DNA from: an uncultured Thermoleophilia bacterium
GTDB lineage: Bacteria > Actinomycetota > Thermoleophilia > UBA2241
Reading direction: 5' to 3'
Assembly (NCBI GenBank): GCA_963715985.1
Contig: CAVQSP010000013.1
Coordinates: 352,001-416,000, forward strand
Length of the DNA stretch: 64,000 bases
Shown here: positions 30,619-42,578 of the stretch, piece by piece
How positions within the stretch are numbered: position 1 is the stretch's first letter
Layout: every line of letters begins with the position of its first letter
Program-made: the position numbers and the translations under genes
Notes under the pieces: model-generated
Database searches by the model: none
Told to the model about the DNA's origin: nothing
The model's input: the letters and a program-made list of their open reading frames with translations, nothing else

Positions 30619-31956
30619 ATGGGCACCTACTTCGGCACCGACGGCATCCGCGGCGTGGCCGGCGAGCTGCTCACGGCGGAGTTCGCCGTCCAGGTGGGAC
30701 GTGCGGCGGCCGTGGTCCTCGCCCGGAAGGCCGGTCCGCACCCGCTGTTCGTCATCGGTCGCGACACGCGTCTGAGCGGGCCGATGCTCGAGGCGGCGCT
30801 CACCGCCGGCCTCACGAGCGGCGGCGCCCGCGTGGAGGTGGCCGGCGTGATCCCGACGCCGGGGCTCGCCGCGCTGGTGCTCCAGCGCGGCGCGGACGCC
30901 GGCGTCGTCGTCAGCGCCTCGCACAACCCTTTCGGCGACAACGGCATCAAGTTCTTCTCCTCGGCCGGGCTCAAGCTCAGCGACGAGGAGGAGGCCGAGA
31001 TCGAGGCGCACATCGCCCGCCACGACCTGCAGTCGCTGGCCGGCGACCGCTTCGGCGCGGCCGACCGGCTGGAGCGCGTGGTCGAGAGCTACGCGTGGGA
31101 CCTCGTGCGGCGCATCCCGCTCGACCTGGCGGGTCTGAAGATCGCCGTCGACTGCTCCCACGGCGCCATGCACCGGGCGGCGCCGCTGGCGCTGGCCGAG
31201 TCCGGCGCCGACGTCGCCGTCATGTTCGCCGAGCCGGACGGGGTCAACATCAACGCCGGCTGCGGCAGCACGCACATGGACGCGCTGCGGGAGGCCGTGC
31301 GCGCCGACGGCTTCGACCTGGGCCTCGCCTTCGACGGCGACGGCGACCGCGTGCTCGCCGTGGACGCCTCCGGTGAGCTGGTGGACGGCGACTTCATCAT
31401 CGCCATCCTCGCCCGCCACCTCAAGGCGCAGGACAAGCTCCGCCACGACACCGTGGTCACCACGGTCATGACGAACCTCGGCTTCCACCACGCCATGCGC
31501 CGCGAGGGCATCAACGTGGTGGTCACCGACGTCGGCGACCGCTACGTGGTGGCGGAGATGCTCAAGGGCGACTACCTGCTCGGCGGCGAGCAGTCCGGGC
31601 ACATCATCAACCGCGACGTGAGCACGACCGGCGACGGGCTCGCCACCGCGCTGCTCCTCCTTCAGGCGCTGCGGCAGATGGACGTGCCGCTGGCGGAGGC
31701 GGCTGCGGTCATGACGCGGCTGCCGCAGAAGCTGGTCAACGTGCGCGTGAAGGACAGGGACGCGCTGGGCGAGGCGGCCGCGGTGTGGGCGGCGGTGGAC
31801 GAGGAGTCCCGCCGCCTCGAAGGCAGGGGCCGCATCCTGGTGCGCACGTCGGGCACCGAGCAGCTCGTGCGCGTGATGGCCGAAGGTCCTACCACCGACG
31901 ACGTGGATCGCGCCTGCGAGCGCATCGTCGCGGTCGTCGAAGAGCACCTCGCCTAG
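30619..31956 (+). CDS. glmM: Phosphoglucosamine mutase
   Basis: FGTDGIRG, SASHNP, FDGDGDR, GGEQSGH, R.SGTE. Confidence 0.95.
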   Translation: MGTYFGTDGIRGVAGELLTAEFAVQVGRAAAVVLARKAGPHPLFVIGRDTRLSGPMLEAALTAGLTSGGARVEVAGVIPTPGLAALVLQRGADAGVVVSASHNPFGDNGIKFFSSAGLKLSDEEEAEIEAHIARHDLQSLAGDRFGAADRLERVVESYAWDLVRRIPLDLAGLKIAVDCSHGAMHRAAPLALAESGADVAVMFAEPDGVNINAGCGSTHMDALREAVRADGFDLGLAFDGDGDRVLAVDASGELVDGDFIIAILARHLKAQDKLRHDTVVTTVMTNLGFHHAMRREGINVVVTDVGDRYVVAEMLKGDYLLGGEQSGHIINRDVSTTGDGLATALLLLQALRQMDVPLAEAAAVMTRLPQKLVNVRVKDRDALGEAAAVWAAVDEESRRLEGRGRILVRTSGTEQLVRVMAEGPTTDDVDRACERIVAVVEEHLA

Positions 31957-32141
31957 AAGACCGGCTCAGGCTTGACGGTGCGTCCTTCGGCCCCGTCCGC
32001 GCGGCCCTCTCGATCCCCTCGTGCAGGGAGACTCACTACCGCAAGGGCGACGTCCACCGTTCCGCGACGCTTGACTCTTCACGGCGTGCGCGGATGGTGT
32101 CTTCATGAGGTCATCAAGTGATTACACTTTGAGGTGACGGA

Positions 32142-32390
32142 GTGCTGCGTACTCAGATCCAGCTCAGTGAGGAGGAAGCGGCCGCCGTCAAGCGCCTGGC
32201 GCGCGAGCGCTCGGTATCCATGGCTTCCGTCATTCGCGCCGCCGTCGACCAGTACGTGGAGCGCGAGTCGGTCGAGTCGCTGGATGAACGCTGGCGCCGC
32301 TCTCTCGCCGCGCTCGGGGGCTTTCACTCCGGCGTCAAGAACCTCTCTGCCGTGCATGACGACGAGTTCGCGGCGTCCGCTTCGGAGTGA
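32142..32390 (+). CDS. RHH/CopG antitoxin (VapB-like)
   Basis: MLRTQIQL..LKRLA-like RHH; HDD tail; overlaps PIN gene. Confidence 0.8.
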   Translation: MLRTQIQLSEEEAAAVKRLARERSVSMASVIRAAVDQYVERESVESLDERWRRSLAALGGFHSGVKNLSAVHDDEFAASASE

Positions 32391-32788
32391 GCGCCTTCGT
32401 CGATACGTCGTTGCTCATCGCGCTGCTCGATGACGACGATGAGATGGCGCCGGTCGCGGCTCGCATCTGGCGGGCGGTCGCTGCGGCCGCCACGCCGGTG
32501 TGGACGAGCAACTACGTCGTGCTCGAGGCCTGCGCAGTGGTCCAGAGACGTCTGGGGGTGGCGGCGGTGCGCCGCCTGTTGCGCGAGGTCCTCGCACCGG
32601 TGACCGTGGACTGGGTCTCTCGAGACGATCACGCGCGCGCCGCGGAGGCACTCCTCCTCGCCGACAGGCGAGGACTGAGCCTCGTGGACTGCACCAGCTT
32701 CGAGATGATGCGCCGCCTCGACGTGCGTCGCTGTCTCGCGCTCGACCCGCACTTCTCCGAGCAGGGCTTCGCCGTCCTGGCGGAGTGA
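32387..32788 (+). CDS. vapC: PIN-domain toxin (VapC)
   Basis: FVDTS, NYVVLE, SLVDCTSF, D.HF. Confidence 0.88.
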   Translation: MSAFVDTSLLIALLDDDDEMAPVAARIWRAVAAAATPVWTSNYVVLEACAVVQRRLGVAAVRRLLREVLAPVTVDWVSRDDHARAAEALLLADRRGLSLVDCTSFEMMRRLDVRRCLALDPHFSEQGFAVLAE

Positions 32789-32890
32789 AGCGCGCATGTC
32801 TGCCCAGGCCCCGCGCAACGGCCGCTGGGCGGCCGGGGTACAATAGCCGGGACAGAGCAGACCAGTGGTGCGGACACCCGTCAGCAACCT

Positions 32891-33047
32891 GAGCGCCTGG
32901 CCCGTCGTGGGGCGACCCCGTAGTGTGGCCGCCCGGCGGGTGACGAGGTGGAGGTTCATCGAAAGACTCGGCGGATGCCTCCCGGCCCGGCACGGTCGTC
33001 ATCGAGTCGTCAAAACCCGCTGGTGACGGCGGAACAAAGCGGCTCGA
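32891..33047 (+). ncRNA. glmS ribozyme (GlcN6P riboswitch)
   Basis: AGCGCC..P1..GACGAGGTGGAGGTTCATCGAA..TCGGCGGATGCCTCCCGG core plus P4 with AAAAC/GTGAC/ACAAAG, upstream of glmS; -10 TACAAT at 32839. Confidence 0.92.
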
Positions 33048-33101
33048 AGGTGCCGTCCGCACGTTGCCCGTCTGCGCCCTCACAGCGGGAAGGGAGCCCG
33101 C

Positions 33102-34928
<1,827 letters not shown>

Positions 34929-34991
34929 TCGGCACAGCGGGATCATCGACGCCGACCGACGAAGTCGCGGCGGCGTCGATGACCTCGGGGG

Positions 34992-35411
34992 TCAGCGCGC
35001 GCGCATGCGGTTGTTGCGCGGGTTGTGCTCGAGCTCCGCGAGCCCGAGCGCCTCGAGCAGGGGCGGCAGGTACATCCCGAAGCGGCCGCGCAGGCCCTTC
35101 TTGAGCCCGTACCAGCCTCCCACCGGGTTGTCCGGCGAGCGGCCCCACGCCTCCACCGTTCCGTCCGCGGCGGTCTTCTGCTCGTCCGCTGCACCGAGGG
35201 GCACCCAATCGCCCTGTTCCCTGAGCCAGGCGTGCAGGTCGTCGATGGCCCGTAGCTGATAGCCGAGCCTTGTCTTGCCCACGACGCAGACGAGCGCCGG
35301 CGGGTCGGCCGACTCGTCGCGGTACATCAGGTACTCCGAGCTCCCGGGCGGCGTTTTGAGCACCCAGGGATCCTCCTGGGTGCCTGAGCCTGTGGCGTTG
35401 ACGTTCGACAT
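34992..35411 (-). CDS. Conserved hypothetical protein
   Basis: Complex sequence with strong GC3 bias: GTQEDPWVLKTPPG..NPVGGWYGL..RGRFGMYLPPLLE. Confidence 0.75.
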   Translation of the reverse strand: MSNVNATGSGTQEDPWVLKTPPGSSEYLMYRDESADPPALVCVVGKTRLGYQLRAIDDLHAWLREQGDWVPLGAADEQKTAADGTVEAWGRSPDNPVGGWYGLKKGLRGRFGMYLPPLLEALGLAELEHNPRNNRMRAR

Positions 35412-35533
35412 CGCGTGGACCTTCGCTTTCTGGAGGGCTCCCGGGTGGGATGTACCCGGCAGCCGGGCCGGCCCAAGCGTCGGCCCGGGCCCTGCGCGGC
35501 GTGGACGGAGGCGCGGGCGGATAGAATGGCGGC

Positions 35534-35974
35534 GTGAGTGACCAGCGTACAGAGCGGGCGGGCGGCGGCTTCCCGCACATCCCGCCGGCCGGGCTGCTCT
35601 TCGGGCTGGGCATCGACGTCATCGAGGCCGACCGCATCAGGCGGCTGCTCGAACATCTGCCGCGTGCCTACGAGCGGCTCTTCAGTGAACAGGAGCGCGC
35701 CTACTGCGACCGGTTCTCGGACCGCTGGTCGCACTACGCGGCGCGCTTCGCCGCCAAGGAGGCGGTGGGCAAGGCTCTGGGAATCGGTATCATCGGGTTC
35801 GTGTGGCGTGACGTCGAAGTGCTCTCGGGAGGCAAGCCGCTCATCGCCCTGCATGGCGATGTGGCGCGCATCGCGGGACGACTCGGCGTGACGCGTGTGG
35901 AAGTCTCGCTGAGTCACACCGGCGGCGTGGCCTACGCTGTGGCCGCCGCCCTCAAGGAGGAAGCGCATGGATGA
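35534..35974 (+). CDS. acpS: Holo-ACP synthase
   Basis: GLGIDVIE, AARFAAKEAVGKALG, VSLSH. Confidence 0.93.
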   Translation: MSDQRTERAGGGFPHIPPAGLLFGLGIDVIEADRIRRLLEHLPRAYERLFSEQERAYCDRFSDRWSHYAARFAAKEAVGKALGIGIIGFVWRDVEVLSGGKPLIALHGDVARIAGRLGVTRVEVSLSHTGGVAYAVAAALKEEAHG

Positions 35975-37547
35975 GTCGCTGCTGCTGCCGCTCTACTCGG
36001 CCGACGGCATGCGCACCGTGGACGACACCGCCATCCACGGCGTCGGCATCCCCGGCGGCCACCTCATGGAGCGTGCCGGTCTCGCCGTGGCCACGGAGAT
36101 CTTCGAGAGGTTCGACCCGGACGAAGCCGTGGTGTTCGCCGGCAAGGGCAACAACGGCGGTGACGGCTTCGTCGTGGCTCGCGAGCTCTTCAACGCCGGT
36201 GTGGAAGTGACGGTGTTCGTGCTGGCGGCGCCGGCCGAGTACACGGGCGACGCCGCCCTCAACCTGCACGTGCTCGAGCAGCTCGGCGTGGACGTGCTGC
36301 CCGCCGTGAACGACGACGGCGACCTGCACGAGGGCGTCGGCGCCCTCACCGAGATGGCCGACGTGGTGGTGGACGCCATCTTCGGCACCGGCTTCACCGG
36401 CGCGGCCAAGGGCCCCGCCGCCCTGGCGATCGAGCTCATCAACGAGGCGCCCGGCGCCGTGGTGAGCGTGGACATCGCCAGCGGGGTGGGGGCCGCCGCC
36501 GGCGCCGTGCACGGACCGGCGGTGCTGGCCGACGTCACCGTGGCGCTGCACGCGGCCAAGGCCGGCCACTTCATCACTCCCGGCGGCGCCTTCAGCGGCG
36601 AGGTCGTGGTGGTGCCCATCGGCATCCCGCCGCTCTGCGACCACGACACCGACACGTGGCTGCTCACAGAGGAGGGCGTGGCCGAGCTCGTCGTGCCCAA
36701 GAGCGCGCTCGACCACAAGCGCTCGGTGGGCACCGTGCTGGTCGTAGGCGGTTCGCGCGGCATGACCGGCGCCGCCCACATGGCCGCCATGGCGGCGCTG
36801 CGTGCCGGGGCGGGGCTGGTGCACGCCGCCCTGCCGCAAGGGGCGGGCGGCGGGAATCCCTTCCCCGAGGTCATCACGGTCGAGGTGCCGGGCGACGACG
36901 GGCAGTACTCGGCAGACGCGCGCGAGGCGCTCTTCGCGCAGGCGGAGGGGCTCAGGGCCGTGGCCGTGGGGCCCGGCCTGGGGCGAGCGGACGAGGCGCG
37001 GCTGCTCGTGCACGAGCTGCTCGGCGTCGACCGGCCCCTGCTGCTCGACGCCGACGGCCTCTACGCGCTCGGCGACAAGATGGAGCTGCTGGCCGAGCGG
37101 CACATGCCGACGGTCATCACGCCGCACGAGGGCGAGCTGGGCCGTCTCATCGGCCGCCCGGCGGCCGAGGTCGCGGCCCAGCGCCTCGAGTGCGCCCGGT
37201 CCGCCGCGAAGCGGGCCGACGCGACCGTCGTGCTCAAGGGCGAGGCGACCATCGTCGCCGATCCGTCGGGGCGGGCCTACGTGGTCCCGACCGGCAACCC
37301 GGGCCTCGCCACGCCGGGCACCGGCGACGTGCTCAGCGGCGCCATCGTGGCGCAGCTGGCCAAGGGCCTCAGCGCCACCGAGGCGGCCTGTCTGGGCGCC
37401 TATCTGCACGGCCTCGCCGCCGACCTGGCCGCCGAGCAGGCGGTCGGCACCGAGGGCATGGTGGCCGGCGACGTCATCCAGTTCCTGCCGGCCGCCGTGG
37501 AGCGGCTCAAGGCCGGCCCAGAGGAGGAGGGGCATGAGCACCACTGA
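35967..37547 (+). CDS. nnr: NAD(P)HX epimerase/dehydratase
   Basis: LMERAG, GKGNNGGDG, DAIFGTG, GGS.GMTGA, TPHEGE, GTGDVL. Confidence 0.93.
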   Translation: MDESLLLPLYSADGMRTVDDTAIHGVGIPGGHLMERAGLAVATEIFERFDPDEAVVFAGKGNNGGDGFVVARELFNAGVEVTVFVLAAPAEYTGDAALNLHVLEQLGVDVLPAVNDDGDLHEGVGALTEMADVVVDAIFGTGFTGAAKGPAALAIELINEAPGAVVSVDIASGVGAAAGAVHGPAVLADVTVALHAAKAGHFITPGGAFSGEVVVVPIGIPPLCDHDTDTWLLTEEGVAELVVPKSALDHKRSVGTVLVVGGSRGMTGAAHMAAMAALRAGAGLVHAALPQGAGGGNPFPEVITVEVPGDDGQYSADAREALFAQAEGLRAVAVGPGLGRADEARLLVHELLGVDRPLLLDADGLYALGDKMELLAERHMPTVITPHEGELGRLIGRPAAEVAAQRLECARSAAKRADATVVLKGEATIVADPSGRAYVVPTGNPGLATPGTGDVLSGAIVAQLAKGLSATEAACLGAYLHGLAADLAAEQAVGTEGMVAGDVIQFLPAAVERLKAGPEEEGHEHH

Positions 37548-38019
37548 CACGCCGGCCGAGGGCGAGGCCCTCGCCCGCGACATCATGACCGCGCCCGTCA
37601 TCACGGTCGGACCAGACCTCACCGTCAAGGACCTCGCCGCCCTCTTTCGCGAGAAGCGCATCGGCGGCGTCCCCGTGGTCAGCGACGGCAAGCTCGTCGG
37701 CATCGTCACCGAGGGCGACCTCATGGCCCTGGACGCGGACATCCAGTTCCCGCACTGGTTCGAGCTCTTCGACAGCATCATCTACCTGGGCAGCCAGAAG
37801 AAGTTCAAGGAGCAGCTGGAGAAGGCGGCGGCCGCCAACGTGGAGCAGCTGATGACGCACCGCGACAAGGTGGAGACCGTGGGCCCGGACGAACCGGCAC
37901 GCACGGCCGCCACGCTGATGTCGAAGCACCATTTCGACCGCGTGCCGGTGGTCGACGAGGACGACACGCTCGTGGGCCTCATCACGCGGCACGACATCAT
38001 GAAGCTCATCGGCCTCTGA
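37534..38019 (+). CDS. CBS-pair protein
   Basis: ARDIMT..PVV..LVGIVTEGDL..MT..PVVD..LVGLITRHDI. Confidence 0.9.
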   Translation: MSTTDTPAEGEALARDIMTAPVITVGPDLTVKDLAALFREKRIGGVPVVSDGKLVGIVTEGDLMALDADIQFPHWFELFDSIIYLGSQKKFKEQLEKAAAANVEQLMTHRDKVETVGPDEPARTAATLMSKHHFDRVPVVDEDDTLVGLITRHDIMKLIGL

Positions 38020-38020
38020 G

Positions 38021-39204
38021 ATGCTGCAGGGCTGCGAGCGAGCCCTGGCGGAGGTGGACCTCTCCGCCATCCGTCACAACGTCCGCAGGCTGAGGCGCGA
38101 TCTCGCGCCCGGCGCCGTGCTGTGCGCCGTGGTCAAGGCCAACGGCTACGGGCACGGCGCCGTGCCCGTAGCGACGGCGGCTCTCGAGGCCGGCGCCACG
38201 TGGCTGGGCGTGGCCGCTGCGGCCGAGGTCGAGGAGTTGCGCGCCGCCGGCCTCACGGCACCGGTGCTGGCGTTCGGGCCCATGACCGGCGCCGACCTGG
38301 AGCGGGCGGTGGCAGCCGGCGCCGACGTCGTGGTGTGGTCGAGCGCCTTCCTGGCCGCAGCGCGCCGCGCCGGAGCGCGCGTGCACGTCAAGTTCGACAG
38401 CGGCATGGGGAGGCTCGGCGTGCCCGAGGAGGAGACGCGCGTGCTCTGCGCCCGGGCCGCCGAGGACGGGCTCCTCGCGGGCCTCATGAGCCACTTCGCC
38501 ACCGCCGACGAGGCCGACACCGCGTTCTTCGAGCGCCAGCTGGAGCGGTTCAGCGGCGCTGGCCGCCGAGCTCGAAGAAGGTCTACCCGCACCTCCTCTG
38601 TCACACGGCCAACAGCGCGGCGGTGCTGCGCGGGCCGCGCGCCCATTTCGACATGGTACGCACGGGCATCGCCATGTATGGCCTGGCGCCGTCCAACGAC
38701 GACCCGTTCAAGGACGACCTGCGGCCGGCGATGAAGCTGAGCTCCTACGTGGCCGGGGTGCGTGTGGTGCGCCCGGGCCAGTCAGTCGGCTACGGACGGC
38801 GCTTCATCGCCGACGAGCCCACGCGGATCGGCATCGTGCCCATCGGCTACGCCGACGGCGTCCGCCGCGCGCTCACCGACCGCGGCGACGTGCTGGTCGC
38901 CGGGCGCCGCTGCCGCATCACCGGCACCGTGAGCATGGACCAGCTCACCGTGCGCCTGCCTGGGGACTGGGGCAAGCCCGGCGACGAGGTCGTGTTCTTC
39001 GGTGCGGCAGGTGACGGCGGCCGGGCCGGGATCGAGGCGCCCAACGGCGCCGGTGGACCCGGCCCTCGCGCCGACGAGCCCGGCGTCCCGCGCATCCTCT
39101 GCGAGGAGGTCGCCCGGCTGCTCGAGACCATCAACTACGAGGTCGCCTGCGACGTGGCGCCGCGGGTCGTGCGCCGCTACCGCGGCGCCGACCCCGCGGC
39201 CTGA
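38021..39204 (+). CDS. alr: Alanine racemase (frameshift ~38560)
   Basis: AVVKANGYGHG, SHFATAD; then ANSAA, VRTGIAMYG, GYADG, SMDQ, TINYE. Confidence 0.92.
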
Positions 39205-39211
39205 CGTCGCC

Positions 39212-40681
39212 GTGAGCGACCCCTCCGACGTGATGAGCCGTCAGGCCCCGTCCCCCGACGAGGTGACGGCCGCCGCGCGTGCGAGTCTGGCGCCGGACGA
39301 GGCCGGCTGGCTGGTGGGCGGCTGCTTGCGTGACGAGCTCCTCGGCCAGCCGTCGGGCGACGTGGACATCGTCGTCGACGGCGACGCCACCCGTTTCTCG
39401 CGGGAGCTGGCCGACCGCCTCGGCGGCCCCGTGTTCGCCTCGTCGGACGCCTTCGGCACCTGGCGCATCCTCGTGGGCGGCGCGCACGTCGACGTGGCGC
39501 CGCTGCGCGCGGCTCCCGGCGCCGCCCCAGAGCCCGTCTCCTCCGGTCCCGAGGAGCGCGCCGCGCGCCTCGAGGCCGACCTGCGTACCCGCGACTTCAC
39601 GGTGGACGCCATCGCCCGCCCGCTGGGCGGAGGCGAGCTCGCCGACCCGCTGCGCGGTCAGCACGACCTCGCCGCGCGGCGCCTGCGGCTGTGCTCGCCG
39701 GCCGCCTTCGAGGACGATCCGCTGCGCGTGCTGCGCCTCGCGCGCCTCGCGCGCACCTACGAACTTGTGCCCGACGCCGCCGCGACCGAGGCTGTGGTGC
39801 GAGCGGCGCCGCTGCTCGCGCGTGTGAGCGGCGAGCGGGTCAGGGACGAGCTCTCCGCCATCCTCGCCGGCCGCTCCGCCGCTGTGACCTTCCGCGACCT
39901 GGCCGTGTGGGGAGCGCTGGCCGTGGTCCTCCCCGAGGTGGACCGCCTGCGCGGCGTCGGGCAGAACCCGTACCACCACCTCGACGTCTTCGAACACACG
40001 CTGGAGGCGCTCACCTTCGTGCGCGGGGTTGTGGCGCAGCTCGGTGGCGAGGGGCACCTGACGTCTCCCGAGGATGCCGGTCTGCCCGGCGTGGCCCCGC
40101 TGGTGCCGGTCGCGTGGGCCGTGCTGCTGCACGACATCGGCAAGCCCGAGGTCAAGGTCGTGGACGAGGAAGGGCGCATCATCTTCTGGCACCACGACGA
40201 GGTCGGCCGCCGCATGACCGGCGAGATCGCCGCGCGCCTGCGCATGAGCAACCGCTTCGCCCTGTACCTGGGCACGCTGGTCCGCCAGCACCTGCGCCTC
40301 GGCTTCCTCATCCGTGAGCACCCCCTCACGCGGCGAGCGCTGGCCCGCTACCGCCGCGACGTGAGCCCCTGGGTGTTCGAGTCGGTGGTCGTCTCGCTCT
40401 GCGACCGGCTGGCCACGCGCGGCGAGAAGACCCCTCCCACGTCCATGGCCCGGCACTACCGCGTGGCGCGTTCCGTGTGGACGGCGGTGAGCAAGGCGCC
40501 GGTGCCGCAGCTGCTCAGCGGCGACGACGTCATGGAGGTCCTCGGCATCGAGCCGGGGCCGGCCGTGGGCCAGGCGCTGGACGCGCTGGAGGAAGAGGTG
40601 GAGGCCGGTGAGGTGCGTAGCAGGGACGAGGCGCGCGCCTTCCTGCTCGCCTGGTGGGAGCGCGAGGGAGAGGAGGCCTGA
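39212..40681 (+). CDS. cca: CCA tRNA nucleotidyltransferase with HD domain
   Basis: LVGG.LRD, DVD, DL..RDFT, EDDPLR.LR, SGER, HT, LLHDIGK. Confidence 0.85.
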   Translation: MSDPSDVMSRQAPSPDEVTAAARASLAPDEAGWLVGGCLRDELLGQPSGDVDIVVDGDATRFSRELADRLGGPVFASSDAFGTWRILVGGAHVDVAPLRAAPGAAPEPVSSGPEERAARLEADLRTRDFTVDAIARPLGGGELADPLRGQHDLAARRLRLCSPAAFEDDPLRVLRLARLARTYELVPDAAATEAVVRAAPLLARVSGERVRDELSAILAGRSAAVTFRDLAVWGALAVVLPEVDRLRGVGQNPYHHLDVFEHTLEALTFVRGVVAQLGGEGHLTSPEDAGLPGVAPLVPVAWAVLLHDIGKPEVKVVDEEGRIIFWHHDEVGRRMTGEIAARLRMSNRFALYLGTLVRQHLRLGFLIREHPLTRRALARYRRDVSPWVFESVVVSLCDRLATRGEKTPPTSMARHYRVARSVWTAVSKAPVPQLLSGDDVMEVLGIEPGPAVGQALDALEEEVEAGEVRSRDEARAFLLAWWEREGEEA

Positions 40682-41682
40682 TGCCGGAACTGCCGGAGGT
40701 CGAGACCGTGCGCCGCCGGCTGCTCACCTGCCTGCCGGGGCTGCTGGTGCGCGACGTGGTCGTGAACGACGCGACGGTGAGCGGGCAGGGCGAGGCGGAG
40801 CTTCGCGCCCTGCTCGCCGGCCGTCGCGTCACAGGGCTGCGGCGGCGCGGCAAGCACCTGATCGTCGACCTCGGCGCGCCGGAGCCGGAGGCGGGCGCCG
40901 GCGGAGGCGCGCCGGAGCTGGGGCCGGGCGCCGCCGGAGGCGCGTCGGCAGGCGCAGGTGTGGCGGCCGGCGGCCCCACCGTCGCCGTCGTCCACCTGCG
41001 CATGACCGGGCAGCTGCTCTTTCGTCCGGAGCCGGGCGAGCGGCCGCCGCGCTGGGTGTGGAAGCTGGACCCGGACACGGAGCTCCACTTCCAGGACGTG
41101 CGACGCTTCGGCACGCTGTGCGCGTTCCCGCCCGAGGCCGAGGAGGCCTTCTTCGCGGCCATGGGTCCCGAGCCGTTCTCGCCCGCCTTCGACGTGATCT
41201 ACCTGCGCGGCGCCATGCAAGGGCGGCGGGCGCCGCTCAAGTCGTTCCTGCTCGACCAGCGCACCGTCGCCGGTGTGGGCAACATCTACGCCGACGAGGC
41301 GCTCTTCCGCGCGCGGCTGCATCCGCTGCGCGCCGCCGGAAGCGTCGGGCCGCGTGAGGCGCAGCGCCTGCACGCGGCCCTGCTCGAGACCCTGCAGGCC
41401 GGCATCGATCACGAGGGCTCGTCGATAGAGAGCTTCGTCGACCCGGCCGGGCAGCGCGGGAGCTTCCAGGAGATCCTCAGCGTGTACCAGCGCACCGGCG
41501 AGCCTTGCCGGGTCTGCGGCGCCCCCGTGCTTCGGATCGAGGTCGGCGGGCGCGGCACGCACTACTGCCCCTCGTGCCAGCCGCGCCGCGGCGGCATGTC
41601 GCCGGGCTCACGGCGGCTGCGCGGCAGCGCCGTGCCGCCGCGCGGCGGCAAGCCCGCCGACTGGGAGGCTCCGGACCGGTGA
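40681..41682 (+). CDS. mutM: Formamidopyrimidine-DNA glycosylase
   Basis: MPELPEVE, HLRMTG, D.RRFG, GVGNIYADE, C..C/C..CQ zinc finger. Confidence 0.95.
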   Translation: MPELPEVETVRRRLLTCLPGLLVRDVVVNDATVSGQGEAELRALLAGRRVTGLRRRGKHLIVDLGAPEPEAGAGGGAPELGPGAAGGASAGAGVAAGGPTVAVVHLRMTGQLLFRPEPGERPPRWVWKLDPDTELHFQDVRRFGTLCAFPPEAEEAFFAAMGPEPFSPAFDVIYLRGAMQGRRAPLKSFLLDQRTVAGVGNIYADEALFRARLHPLRAAGSVGPREAQRLHAALLETLQAGIDHEGSSIESFVDPAGQRGSFQEILSVYQRTGEPCRVCGAPVLRIEVGGRGTHYCPSCQPRRGGMSPGSRRLRGSAVPPRGGKPADWEAPDR

Positions 41683-41752
41683 GCCGGAGAGCGTCCGGGT
41701 CGGGTCCGACCGCGGTACCGGCCGGCTCCGGCCCCGGGTCGCCGCGCCGCCC

Positions 41753-42218
41753 ATGATGGGCACCACCGGCTCACCGCCGCTCTACATCGTCCTCACGTTC
41801 GTGCCGCGGCGGACCGTCGTCACGGTCGGCGAGAAGGGTCCCCTCGAGTTCCCGCGCGGTTGGTACGCCTACGTGGGCAGCGCCGTGCGCGCGCGGGAGG
41901 CGCGCGTGGCGCGGCACCTGGCGGCCGAGAAGCCGCTGCGCTGGCACGCGGACTACCTCTCGACGGCCATCCGGCCGCGGGCGGCCTGGCTCGTGGACGG
42001 CGCCCGCGGCGAGTGCGACCTCGCCGGCGCCCTGGCGGGCGCTGCCCGGCGCGGAGCGCCGCCCGCCCCGCTTCGGCGCCGGCGACTGCCGCTGCCCCGG
42101 TCATCTCGTGCGCTTCGCGCGCCGGCCCTTGCGCCGCGACCTGGCGGCCGCGGCGCACGCCGCCGGCGCGCCCGTCTCAGGCGCCGTACGGCGCTTCAGG
42201 ACCCGCCCCGCCGTCTAG
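41753..42218 (+). CDS. DUF123 / GIY-YIG (Uri) nuclease family protein (frameshift ~42060)
   Basis: GWYAYVGSA, RVARHL, RWH.DYL; then FGAGDCRCPGHL in shifted frame ending TAG 42218. Confidence 0.75.
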
Positions 42219-42297
42219 CGGCGCCGTCCGCCCGGGACGGCGGCGATGCAGCCGGTGGCCGCTCCGTGAGGCCGTCCAGCCGAGGGCACACCTCGGT

Positions 42298-42573
42298 TCA
42301 GCGTCCGAACACCCGCCTCAGAAGGCCGCGCAAGCCGCCGGCTCCAGCGGGTGCCTCGCCGCTCCCGTCTTCCTCCATCGCGTGGCTCCGCCACGATCGG
42401 TCCTCGCGGACCTGGATGCCCTCGTCGCCGTGGCTGCTGAGGGCGGAAGCCGACAGCCGTGGCCCGGCGGCGCCCATCCCCACGGCGCCGCTCAGGTACG
42501 TGTCGTCGAGGAGTCGCTCCGACTTCTCGCCCGCCTCCTCCGCGCGGTGCAGCTGGGGGTACTCGTCGCTCAT
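42298..42573 (-). CDS. Small hypothetical protein
   Basis: MSDEYPQLHRAEE...LLRRVFGR; follows hps-rraA with AAGGG upstream. Confidence 0.5.
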   Translation of the reverse strand: MSDEYPQLHRAEEAGEKSERLLDDTYLSGAVGMGAAGPRLSASALSSHGDEGIQVREDRSWRSHAMEEDGSGEAPAGAGGLRGLLRRVFGR

Positions 42574-42578
42574 CGCCC

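Noticed and set aside
32142-32788. vapBC as part of a mobile element
   Set aside because: No integrase, transposase or flanking direct repeats seen
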